Positions 34,192 to 45,900 of a DNA stretch of 64,000 bases are shown here, piece after piece. Location: the NCBI GenBank assembly GCA_001600695.1, contig BCKQ01000006.1:260315-324314 (forward strand). Direction: 5' to 3'. The notes under the pieces were generated by a model. That model saw nothing but the letters and a program-made list of their open reading frames with translations. It had not been told where the DNA came from and searched no databases. This DNA comes from Ascoidea asiatica JCM 7603 (lineage: Eukaryota; Fungi; Ascomycota). The translations under genes and the position numbers were made by a program. Position 1 is the stretch's first letter, and each line of letters opens with the position of its first letter.

Positions 34192-34221
34192 GTAAATGTG
34201 GCAAATTACAGCCACATTTAC
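34192..34221. promoter_or_regulatory. Perfect 11-bp inverted repeat in a divergent promoter
   Basis: GTAAATGTGGC-aaattaca-GCCACATTTAC, with TCACATG at 34173-34179. Confidence 0.6.
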
Positions 34222-34454
34222 GGCGGTGCAATTTGTTTTGTCGCCGTGATTATGGTACTTCTTTATTTAAAATTATTATGTAAGAACAGCTGATCTAAAA
34301 CATCCATACTTTTGGACTCATTTTCAGTAGAAAAATTTCTTTATTCTTTTCAATATATTAAACTATTTAATAACAATTTAATTATTTAATTAGATATATT
34401 TATTTGTTTATTTGTCTTAATCACAAACAATTAATTATTAATTATATATCCAGA

Positions 34455-35285
34455 ATGAATTCATCAAACAAACGATCAAACTTTAGAATAGGTAAGCCTT
34501 TAAAGAAACAAAAATCTAGTGAAGCTAAAACTTCTGATAGAAGATTAGCTTCTGGTAGAGCTCCTGCAACTTATTTACTTAGTGCCACTAAAAATTTATC
34601 TGAATTAACTTCAAATTCGAATAGAATTAAATCTTTTGATAATAATAATATTTTAAATAATCAAAATGATATAAATAATATAAATAATCTAAATAATATA
34701 AACAATCTTACTAATAATAACTCTAATACTAATTTTAATAACCAGTTTATTAATTCAAATTATAATAATAATAATAATAATCCTCAACTTCAACAACAAC
34801 AAACTCAAGAGGAAATTAATCCTGAAGTTAATATAAATAAAGAATCAATAATAACTGTAAAAAGATCAGATGGTAAAAATTCTTGGAATGACGATTCTTT
34901 ATTAGATTGGAATCCAAATCATTTTAGATTATTTGTTGGAAATTTAGGTAATGATGTTAATGAAATAATTTTACAAAGAGCATTTTTAAAATATAATTCA
35001 TTATCAAAAGTTAAAGTTCCAATAAATTTAAAAACAAATGAAAATAAAGGTTATGGATTTATTTCATTTTCTGATCCAAATGATTATTTTAAAGCTTTTA
35101 AAGAAATGAATAATAAATATGTTGGTCAACATCCAATTCAATTAAAAAAAGCAAAAACTGATTTAATTCCAACTAAAATTAAATTAAATAATAAAAAAAA
35201 TAATAAAAATAATAAATTTATTAAAAATAGAAATCATAAAAATGATAATAATAATAAAAATTATAATAAATATAATAAAAAGTAA
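34455..35285 (+). CDS. RRM RNA-binding protein, RBM42-like
   Basis: First ATG at 34455. GKNSWNDDSLLDWNPNHFRLFVGNLGNDV (RBM42 signature plus RNP2), KGYGFISF (RNP1), KYVGQHPIQLKK. Confidence 0.85.
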   Translation: MNSSNKRSNFRIGKPLKKQKSSEAKTSDRRLASGRAPATYLLSATKNLSELTSNSNRIKSFDNNNILNNQNDINNINNLNNINNLTNNNSNTNFNNQFINSNYNNNNNNPQLQQQQTQEEINPEVNINKESIITVKRSDGKNSWNDDSLLDWNPNHFRLFVGNLGNDVNEIILQRAFLKYNSLSKVKVPINLKTNENKGYGFISFSDPNDYFKAFKEMNNKYVGQHPIQLKKAKTDLIPTKIKLNNKKNNKNNKFIKNRNHKNDNNNKNYNKYNKK

Positions 35286-36606
35286 ACCATTCATTCACAA
35301 TCAATATTAAGTTTGCAATCAATTTGCAAAACAATAAATCTAAATTTTTAAGATTCTTTTCATTTTTATTTAGTAGAATAATTTGTTTTAATAAATGAAT
35401 TGGATAAACTGGATTGTTACTATCGGTATTACTCAAATTTCTTTTTAGAAATTTAGCTTTCTCTGTCTTTCTTGTTTATAATGATTATATCCTTTAGTTG
35501 TTTTTTGCGAAATAATAAAGAAAAAATTTCAGTACTTATTTATGTTTCATCTTTCAAATTATTAGGAAATCTTATTTAATCAAATAATTGTCTTTGAAAG
35601 TAAAAGGTAAATTTTTAGATAAAACTTCAAATTCCTTTTCTTTTTTTTTTTTTTTTAGTTTTAATAAGTCAACCATAGATTCAGAACATCAATTTTCAGC
35701 ATTGAAAGAATTTAAATTCTAGATTTTCAAAATTCCATAAAACTTTTGAAATATTTATGAAAAAAACTCTTTGCAGATAATAAATAACAAATTTTTAATC
35801 AATTTCACGTTTGAATCAGATAATGTTTTATATAAAACTTTTAATTTTGTTGAAATTTGTTGAAGGCTTGACTTTTTTGAATGATCAGTATTCGGCTGAA
35901 TTTGAAACTAGATATATTCAAGTTTAAACTATAGATATTTATATTTAATTATTCATTCATTCATTGTTTATTGTTCAAAATGTTCTTGAATAATAATTAA
36001 TTTACCTGCTACCAGTAAAATTTCATACCAAAAAATATATTTCGTCGAAAATTTTGGAGTGAATTTGGCTCAAATTACAAAATTACTCAAGATTATTTCA
36101 TATCTTTAAAGCGAATTAACTTGGATATCAATTTAAAATGAGAAACTTGAAATTAGTGATTGAATATAGATATATATTATTATAGCAAGTTTAACGTCAA
36201 TGGTTTTATGATACTCATAATAAACAAAAAAATGGTTGAATTCAATGTAGAAAATAAAAACTGTTAAGAGAACTGGATTTCTTCTATTAAAAACCAAAAG
36301 ATTTTTTAACTGTAAAAAAGAAACTGGAGAAGTTCTGAAATTCATCCACAAAACCAAACCAACTCTTTTTTCACTGTTTTGAATATCAAATATAAGCTTA
36401 CAAATTTTAATTATTGAAATTTATTATATTATAGATAATAGTTGTTTTAATTTCATTTATTAAGCTAGAGGAAAAGTGCTAATAATATTATGAAATAAAA
36501 GATAATAAGATCTAAGAAAATCAGCTAAAAAAGAACTGATGCTTGGGTACAGTTAAAAAAAGAATAGAAAATAATATAAAAAAAAAATACAATTTACAGT
36601 AATATA

Positions 36607-37350
36607 ATGTCAAAGAAAAGAACTCAAGAAATCTTGTCTTCCTCATATTCACAATCACCATCTTCATCTTCTTCATCATTGTCGTCATCATCGTCATCTG
36701 CATCAACTTTTGATTCTGAGGTTATTTCCACAAATAATACAACTAAAAGGGGAAATAATTTTAAGTTCTCTCAAATACCAAATAACTATAAATATGTTAG
36801 TTATACAAAAGATGTAAAAAAACAGTTTTTTGGAAGAAAAGATTTTAATTTTTTAAATTCAAAATTCAAAACTTTTATTTCAAGAAAACATATTTCTATT
36901 CAATATGAATTAATAAATAATGAAATAACTATAGACTGTTATGGAATAAATGGTTGTTGTATTATTTTACCATTTTCTGTTATTTTGTATTATATATCTA
37001 AAAATGGAAAATATGATTTTTTTGATAATACTATTACTACTGATCAAATTTCATCAAATAATTTAATCATTCAAGGTTTAACCACTTTTAATAGATTAAT
37101 TAAAGAAAAAGAAAAAAGTATTATATTTATTTTAAAGGGTGAAAGACTTAATTTTCCATTTAAAGGTGATATTTTATTAAATATTAAAGATAATAAAATT
37201 CTTATCAAAGGAGAAAAAATTATAGCTTCAAGAGAAAACTGTGAAATATCTAAATTTATGCGCTTGAATGCATTAAAAAAAGAAAAAGAATTATTAATTT
37301 TGAAACAAAAAAGGGCAAATGATTTTTTAAACTATTATGATCAAAATTAG
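36607..37350 (+). CDS. FHA-only paralog of the PLM2/TOS4-like gene at 6066-8063
   Basis: ISRKHISIQY...CYGINGCCIILPF matches ISRKHLKIDY...CYGLNGCSVILPY, and GLTTFNRL...SIIFILKGE matches GLTNFNRL...SIIFILKGE. The conserved C-terminal domain is absent. Confidence 0.85.
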   Translation: MSKKRTQEILSSSYSQSPSSSSSSLSSSSSSASTFDSEVISTNNTTKRGNNFKFSQIPNNYKYVSYTKDVKKQFFGRKDFNFLNSKFKTFISRKHISIQYELINNEITIDCYGINGCCIILPFSVILYYISKNGKYDFFDNTITTDQISSNNLIIQGLTTFNRLIKEKEKSIIFILKGERLNFPFKGDILLNIKDNKILIKGEKIIASRENCEISKFMRLNALKKEKELLILKQKRANDFLNYYDQN

Positions 37351-38131
37351 ATAATATAAAATAACCAATAAAGGTTTTTTAACAATAAATGAATAATAAT
37401 TTTCTCTCAAATAGCTTGCTCTTTCTCTCTGTCTCCAATTTTCTTTATTGAGACTTGTTTGAATATATTTGTTTTTAACTTCAATTTCAAATTGAAATTT
37501 CTTTCTCTATTCAATTTATATTTAGACATGAAAATATAAAATTATTGAAGAGCATCATTTAAAGGAGAAACCAATACTTAAATAATCGTTTTATAAAATT
37601 AAACTAAATCGAGCACTTGCCACAAAAAGAGATTTCAGTCAAACACCGAAAGGGAGCAAGTACTACTAAGTACATAGATATGCTTATTTCGGGATTTAAA
37701 TGTCAAACACCGAATGTAACTAAATGCAGGGTTTGGTTAAAAAAATCCTAAATTTGCTTCTCATGAAAAAGTATTTTATTGTTTTTTTTGATTATTTCTG
37801 TTTTTGTTTATTGATTAAAAATATAGCATATAAAGATAGTTGAAACTAAATAAAATGAACTTGTACTATAAGTGTGAAAAATAAATGAAGTTTGAAAAAT
37901 ATGTGAACTTTTGTATTAAAATTGAAGAAAAAATGAAATTATTACAAAAAAATATAAGAAATATAAAATTTTTTTAGACGAAAAAAATAGATAAAAATAA
38001 ATAAACCCAAATTTTTTAATTAACCGTCATTGTAAAAAACAAAGAAAAGAAAAGATAAATGAGCAATGACTCTTGAAATGATAAATAAAAGAATAAATAA
38101 AAAAGTAAAGAAAGAAAAAGAATGAGAAGAA

Positions 38132-41100
38132 TCATGACATATTTTTAAAACTTTTAACATATTGAAGTCTTAAATTATTATATAATATAATAATATTAGA
38201 AAACACAAGTAAAACAATTGCTAAATTTGGGGTAATTTTAACATTTAGATTATTTACAAACCTCATAGTTCTATCTATATAATAATAACCATAATAATCT
38301 TTAAACATATCACTTACAGAAGAAATTGGATTAATAATTATTAATCCAACTAAAAATTTAGATACTAAAACTAACAAATAATTATTTTTAAAAGTTGAAA
38401 TGATTAATTTGGAAAGTTCTATTAAAAAAATTAAGTTTCTCAAATGTTTATCAATTATAATCAAGTTACAATTTTTATTATAAATTTGTTTATAATTAGA
38501 AACTAATGAAACATTAATATCTCCTAAAGTTGAATATAATGTTGGATCAACTTCATTATTTATATTTTCATTGATGATTAAAATATTATTATTATCTCTA
38601 TCTTTATTTGCAAAGAATTTATTATCTTTAATTGAATTCGGCAATAATAATTTTTGTTTTAAAATTTTAATTTTTTCAAATTTTTCATGAGGAAATAAAT
38701 TTTTCCAAATTAAATTTTCATTAACTTTGAAATTTTTCAAAATTTTGAAATAAATATCATCAGAGTTTTGTTTTTTTTCACCTGAGTCCAAATCTGAATT
38801 ACTTGAATTACTTGCTAGACTTGTAGAACTATTATTAGAATTATGCTTATTATAATCCTCATTTTTCTTGGTTTTGATTTTATCATACATAAAACCAACA
38901 TCATAATTATTATCTTCTTTATTAAGATAATTCATCATTTTAGTGAAATCTTGTTTGACATCAAAATTAACTAAAGAAAAAATTCCAGATAATTCATTAT
39001 TTATAACAATGTAAATTAAAGAATCTAATTTAATTTTTTCTCTAATATTATTTGGATTATTGATATTATTTGATAATTTTAAATTTAAGTTATAATTATT
39101 TATAAATTTAACAAATTCTTCATTTAAATTCAATTCTTTAATAAATTTTTTATCAAATAAATTAATATTACCAATTTTAACATCAAATCTAATATTATCT
39201 AGATCTATAGTTGCAAATATTCCCTTTCCAATAACATCTTCAAAATATATACATTTTGCTTTATTATTTTTATTATATTTTTGTATAAGTTTACCAATTT
39301 TATTAAAATATTCTTCATTATCATCATTAATATTATTTAAATTACTATATGAATTATTATTTGAAATATTTTTTAAAATTGCATTTGAAATTGGTTTATC
39401 AATTAAAGATTCACTTGCAATTATTATTTTCCACCAAGTTTCAGAAGACTTTTCCCAAATATTAAATAATTTAAAAATCTTTACATTATTATTTTGATAA
39501 TTATAAATATTTAAAACATTTAAATTATTAAAGATTAAGATTTTAATTTTTTTAATATCTTCAAAAATTTTTAAGTTAAATTTTTTGATATAAATACCAT
39601 TAACAATAGAAGCATGTAAAGAAACAATTAATAACACAGGTTCAATTAATAATAATGAAGTTGGAGAGAAAATAATTAATAAAGTTATAATTTTGTCAAT
39701 TTTGAAATTTAATAAATTGTTTTTATTTAAATTTAAACTATCATCTAAGAATATATTATTATAAGTTTTGAAATATAAAATATAAACTAAGAATGTAAAA
39801 ATTAATAAAATTAGAATTGCAATGATTAATCTTTGAAAATATAAAATATCATGATAATTTTTTTGATAAATGTGTTTATTATTGATTGAATTATTCAATT
39901 TATTTAAGTTCAAAGAAGAACTTGAGTTTGTTTTTCTTAAATTGAAGAAGTTTAAGTAGTTTTTAATATTTGAATTTAAAATATTAATCAGATTTTCTTC
40001 ATTACTACTTGTATTTGAATTTGCATTTTCTTTGTTATTGACTTTGTCTTTATTTAAAATACTTGAAATATTTGTTATACTATCTTGAGATCTATGAATA
40101 ATAGTATTAAAAGAATTATTTGTATTTATTGGACTTGATGGACTTGTGATTGGAGTTTCATTGTTGTTTGAAGTATTTGTATTTAAATTATTTAAGTTAT
40201 TGGTATTGATATTTTTTTTATAATAATATTTTAAGAAATTATTTAATATTTTTTTATTTGAATTTTGAATTAAATAATTCTTAGCAAATATTATATTTAA
40301 ATTTAAATTAACTAGATTTAAGATTTTTAAATTTGAAAAAATTTTAAAATTGAAAATTTGATAAAATACAAAAAAAATTAATAGATTATTAATTAAAATT
40401 AAATAAAAGTTTATTGAAAAAAAAGATCTGAAGAATTTATTGAATGTGTGATTGAGATTTTTATTGAAATATTTGTTATTGATATTTCCAAGGATGGAAT
40501 TACTCGAACTTAAGTTATTATAATTGAAATTATAAATGTTAGTAGTAGGAGTAGTTGCAGTTCGATTATTATTAGAGTGATTGAAGAATAGATTATAATA
40601 GATAAAGAAACCTAGGATGTATTGTTGAAAGAAAGTTAAATCAATTGAGATATATAAATAAAATTTGAAATAAGTTGAAATTGAAGCTTTATAATAATAA
40701 TTAGATAAAATGATTGAGATATAAATTAAAATAGATATGAAAATGGATAAATAAAATAAAAATGAATAATTTATTTCATTATCAAAATCAAATTCATTAT
40801 TAATTGAGTTATAATTACTGAATGTATTATTATATGAATTATTTATTAAATTTGAATTTGAATTAGATTGAATTGTATTTAAGATTGAATGAATTTTTTT
40901 TGAATTTATTAAATTTTTATTATATATTATTATTAAATTTTTTAAATTTTTGGATAATGATAATTCTTTAATTGAAATTGAAGAGAATTTTAAAAATTCA
41001 GATTGAATTAAATTTATTAGATCATCATTTATAAGATTTGAATTTAAGATTTTTATAGATTCAATGATATAATCATTTGATAAATCTGAATTTGAAGAAT

Positions 41101-41290
41101 TTAAAGAAGGTGATAATATTTGAGTATTTTGTAAATCGAATAATATTGATTTTGAAGAAAGTGGAAATTGAGATGGATTTTGAGATTGGGAAATGGATTG
41201 AGATTGAGATTGAGAATTGGATGAGAATATATTTTTTTGTATTGGTAGTAATCTTGTTATTGACAAATAACCTAATAAACAAAATGCCAT
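38132..41290 (-). CDS. Degenerate P1B (CCC2-like) heavy-metal ATPase homolog lacking catalytic motifs
   Basis: The C-terminal half is colinear with CCC2-type ATPases, but CPC, DKTGT, SEHP, TGD and GDGIND are all replaced. Confidence 0.75.
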   Translation of the reverse strand: MAFCLLGYLSITRLLPIQKNIFSSNSQSQSQSISQSQNPSQFPLSSKSILFDLQNTQILSPSLNSSNSDLSNDYIIESIKILNSNLINDDLINLIQSEFLKFSSISIKELSLSKNLKNLIIIYNKNLINSKKIHSILNTIQSNSNSNLINNSYNNTFSNYNSINNEFDFDNEINYSFLFYLSIFISILIYISIILSNYYYKASISTYFKFYLYISIDLTFFQQYILGFFIYYNLFFNHSNNNRTATTPTTNIYNFNYNNLSSSNSILGNINNKYFNKNLNHTFNKFFRSFFSINFYLILINNLLIFFVFYQIFNFKIFSNLKILNLVNLNLNIIFAKNYLIQNSNKKILNNFLKYYYKKNINTNNLNNLNTNTSNNNETPITSPSSPINTNNSFNTIIHRSQDSITNISSILNKDKVNNKENANSNTSSNEENLINILNSNIKNYLNFFNLRKTNSSSSLNLNKLNNSINNKHIYQKNYHDILYFQRLIIAILILLIFTFLVYILYFKTYNNIFLDDSLNLNKNNLLNFKIDKIITLLIIFSPTSLLLIEPVLLIVSLHASIVNGIYIKKFNLKIFEDIKKIKILIFNNLNVLNIYNYQNNNVKIFKLFNIWEKSSETWWKIIIASESLIDKPISNAILKNISNNNSYSNLNNINDDNEEYFNKIGKLIQKYNKNNKAKCIYFEDVIGKGIFATIDLDNIRFDVKIGNINLFDKKFIKELNLNEEFVKFINNYNLNLKLSNNINNPNNIREKIKLDSLIYIVINNELSGIFSLVNFDVKQDFTKMMNYLNKEDNNYDVGFMYDKIKTKKNEDYNKHNSNNSSTSLASNSSNSDLDSGEKKQNSDDIYFKILKNFKVNENLIWKNLFPHEKFEKIKILKQKLLLPNSIKDNKFFANKDRDNNNILIINENINNEVDPTLYSTLGDINVSLVSNYKQIYNKNCNLIIIDKHLRNLIFLIELSKLIISTFKNNYLLVLVSKFLVGLIIINPISSVSDMFKDYYGYYYIDRTMRFVNNLNVKITPNLAIVLLVFSNIIILYNNLRLQYVKSFKNMS

Positions 41291-42938
41291 TTTTGATTTA
41301 TTTTTTATTATATTTTGATTTGATTAAGTATATTTTATAATGATTAGTATATTCAATTTATGAGTAAATTGTAGTTAAGATTGAATATAAAGGGAGTTAA
41401 GTATGATTTATATAAAGTAGAATAAATTAAATTGATTCAGATTATCTCTTAAAAGAGAAGAAATTATAATTGCATAAGAATTAGATAAATAATAAATAAC
41501 AAATAATAAATAATGAGAATGAAAGAAGATAAGCTATTTAAAGTAACATTTTTCAGCTTTTGATAAATATGAAATTGAATGAAAATTGAATGGAATGAGA
41601 AAATAATCAAACAATCAAATAATAAATTTTCTTTAATGTTTTTTCAAAAGGTTTTTAAACCAATAAATTAGTTTTTGTTTCAATCCTTAGGAAGTTGGAA
41701 GTTGAATGAAAAAAGAATTGAAATGAGTTAAGATTTAGATTATTTAAAGGAGTCTAAAAAGAATATAAACAATGTAAGAAACAATGTTAGAAACAGTGTT
41801 AAGAGAATAAACAACAAGTAATAACAAGAAGTATTTAACTCCTGTAACGTTACCAAAGTTACAGACAGAGTAAAATTACGGAAACTCGTTTAGCAAAGCG
41901 AGGTACGAGCGTATAGGCTGAGAGAAGTTAGATGGTGTATACCGAGGCTGCCTGGTGTCAACATGCCAAAGAAGACCCGTCTAGGTACTGTGAGGTGTGT
42001 ATGCAGTAAGTAAATGTATAATATACTTTAATTTAAGTAGACCCGCATTACTGGATATAGACAAATCACATGATAAATTTGACACGTGCATAATATCCAT
42101 GTTCATGGCCTCAAACATATCACACGACTTTCACATGACATTAAACTTTTTTTTTTATTTCCAGCTGGATGGTAATAAGGACTCCGGAAAAGCAGTCCGC
42201 CAGCACATGATTCCCCGGATTCTGTTCCTCATTTGACATGGCACAATTGGCGTGAAATGGGCGCACTCGTAGCCATTGCCATTCATTGCCTTTGCTTGGC
42301 CTTTGCTTTCTTTCTTTGTTTGCTAGTCAAAAGGTTTTCAGTTTCCACTTTCCAGTTTTTGGTCTTTGGTCTTTGGTTTCTGGCTTCCAGTTTCTAAATT
42401 GCAATTGGTTTCCTTGAAAGAGTCTCGAGAAATAGCATTTAGCAACACCGAGAGAAAGAAAACTAAAAACTTACTTCTTCTGATTTTGCTTCTTTTAAAG
42501 CTTCTTTTAAAACTTTTTATTCTTTTTATTCTTCTTCAGCTTTTTCAACTTCTTTTGCAGCCAAAGCTTTTTCTTTTCTATTTAATTTCCTCTTCAAAAT
42601 TAGTACATTGCACCCATCAAATGGTGTCTGTTATCAATTTCATAACTATTTTTTCCTATTGAATAATCTTTTTGTCTCTTACTCTGTTTATTATTAATAA
42701 CAATCAGAATAAAATTTAAGAGGTTATTTTATATAAAAATACAAGCAAAATTTCAAATTTTTAAGATTAAAATTTATTATTTATTATTTATAACTCAATC
42801 TATTTACTTATTTCGAGTTATTTAACTTTGATAAAAGATAAAAACTTATCTTATATCTTATATAATCTATAATCTATAATCTATATTCTATAATTTATAA
42901 TATTTTATATTAAACTAAAGATAAAAACTAAAAAGAAA

Positions 42939-45900
42939 ATGGATTTCAATGACTCAACAACAATAGCCGCTGATCCAACTTCTTCATTTTCTGATAATAC
43001 TACAATTAAAGTTAATTCAAGTGATAATAATGATATCAACATTGACAATAACAATGATAATAATAATGATAATAATATTGATACAAATAATGATTCAAAT
43101 AATATAAATAATATAAATAATATAAATAATATAAATAATATAAATAATATAAACAATGGAAATGGTATAGATAATAAAGCAAATAATCCAGGAATTACTA
43201 AAAATAATAGAAACAATAATAATAATAATAATGATAATATTCCAATAGCGTCAAATAATGATCGTAATACAAATCCTTTAATTCCATTAAATTTATCAAA
43301 ATTCTCAAATTTACAAAATAATCTATCAAATAATTTATCAAATAGTTTATCAAACTTATCTAACTTATCTAATTTATCAAATTTACCAAATTTATCAAAT
43401 ATAAATATTTCAAATATTAATAATTTACCTCAAAAAAGAAGAAGAGTAACAAGAGCTTGTGATGAATGTAGAAAAAAAAAAGTAAAATGTGATGGTCAAC
43501 AACCTTGTATTCATTGTACTGTTTATAATTATAATTGTACTTATATACAACCTTCAAATAGAAAAAAATCAAAATTTACAAATAATAATAATAATAGTAA
43601 TAATAATAGTAATAATAATAATAATAATAATAGTAATAATAACAACATCATCAATAATAACAATAATGAATTAGATTCTCAAAAAAATTTAGATAAATTA
43701 TTATTATCTGAAAATAATAATATTATTACCGCTAATAAAAATGAAAATAATAATGATCAATTTGATAAAGAATCTGTGGATAAAATTAATTTAAAATTTA
43801 ATATATTAAAAAAAATTATTGATTTTATATTACCAGATTTATTCAATAATAACAATAATGAAAAAAAAAATGAGAATGAAATGGAATCTCAAAATGATAA
43901 TAATAATAAAAATGAATCAAAAGTGGAGATTGAAAATGAGAATATAAATAATAATAATAATAATAGTAATGAATCAAAATGTAAATCAAAAAGTAAATCT
44001 AATAAGAAAGATAATAATAATACAGATATTGATAATGATAAAATCAGTAATAAAGATAATGATAAAGATATAGACAATAAAAAACATAAAGATAATGATA
44101 TTGATAATCAAATTTTACTTTTTGATTTTGATAAATTCAAATTAATTTATAATAACTTATTATTAAATTATAATAATCAAAATAATAATTCTAGTTTAAA
44201 TCCATTGATTGTATCTTCAACTCCAATGAATAAATCAAAATCTCAATCAAATGCAATCTCTTTACCAAATCAAAATTTTATCAAAACTGAAAATGATTCA
44301 TCAAATTTAAATATTAACTTAAATTCAAACTCAAATTCAAACTCAAACTCAAACTCAGACTTAATTAAAAATTTCTTATCTCAATTAGTTATCAATTATA
44401 ATAACAACAATAATAATAATATCAATAATCCATTAGTTATAAAATCTGCTGTTCCAAATTTAAAATTATCTCATCCAATTAGTATATTATCTAATTCTTC
44501 TACTTTAAATTTCGATTCAATTAATAATCAAAATAATAATATTCAAACTTTAAATAATTTAAATTTACGTAATAATAATTCAATTAATAATTTAAATACT
44601 ATAAATACTATTCAATCTATAAAATCAACTCAAATGAATCAATCTCAATCTTTACCAATTAATCAACAACAAAATTTATCTTCTACAAATAATCAAAATC
44701 AATTATCTAATAATAATCAACTTAATAATCAATTTAATATTAATAATATCGATAATAATAACAACAATAATAATAATATCAATAATAGGAATACTAATAT
44801 CAATAATAATAATTCCCAGTTAAACTATTTAAATAATAATAGTAATATTAATAACAATAATCATAACATCAATTCTACAAATAATGAGGAACAAAAACAA
44901 ATTAAAATTACTTTACCTCCATTAGAATCAACTTTATTATTAGTAAATAAAGCTTGTGATAGTTCTTGTTTATTTAAATATTATAATAGAAAAAATTTGT
45001 TAAAAGTTATTCAAGAACTTTATAATGAAAATAATAATCAATTAATTAATTCAAATCTAAATTTATATGAAAATTTATCAAAAAAAGAAAAAGAATTAAA
45101 ATTAAATAGAAATAATAAATTATCTGCTTTAATTTATTCATTTTTATCTGTTGGTGCTTTATTACAAAATGATAAAAATTGTTATAATTATTATAATGCT
45201 TCATATACTTTATTATCAAGACAAAACATTATTGAAACTAATGATATTACAAATTTAATAACTTTATTTACTTTAATTATTTTTTTACAATGTACTGCAA
45301 GATTATCAACTTGTTATTCATATATTGGAATTGCTTTAAGATCTGCTTTAAGAATTGGTTTACATAGAAAAATAAATTCAGTAATTTCTCCAATTGAAGC
45401 TGAAAATAGGAAAAGATTATTTTGGTCAATTTACAAAATGGATGTTTATATGAATACAATGTTAGGTTTACCAAGTATATCAAATGATGATTTAGATCAA
45501 GATTTACCTTGTGAATTAGATGATCAAAATATTACTACTTTTCATTATCTTTTTCAAAATCAAAAAAATAATTTATCTTCAATTGCAATCTCAAATCAAC
45601 ATACAAAATTAGTTATCATTTTAAATCATATTGTTAAAAATTTATATCCTGTTAAAACTTCAAAATTAGGTACTTCATCTCCAATTGCTCCTTCTCCTAA
45701 TGAATCGTCAGCTTTATCAACTATTGCTTCCCCATCCAATCTTAATTTTGGCCATAATTTACAACCACAGCAACAACCTGTTCAAAATAATACTACTGAT
45801 AGTACTCCTGGAACAATAAGTAATCAATCAAGTCCAAGTGTTAATAGTAATAACTTTAATCATTTGAATAATTTAGGTAATTCCGAAAATCATGGAGTAA

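Noticed and set aside
35290-36600. Possible decayed minus-strand gene upstream of the FHA paralog
   Set aside because: Only short interrupted frames with no recognisable homology; cannot be supported.
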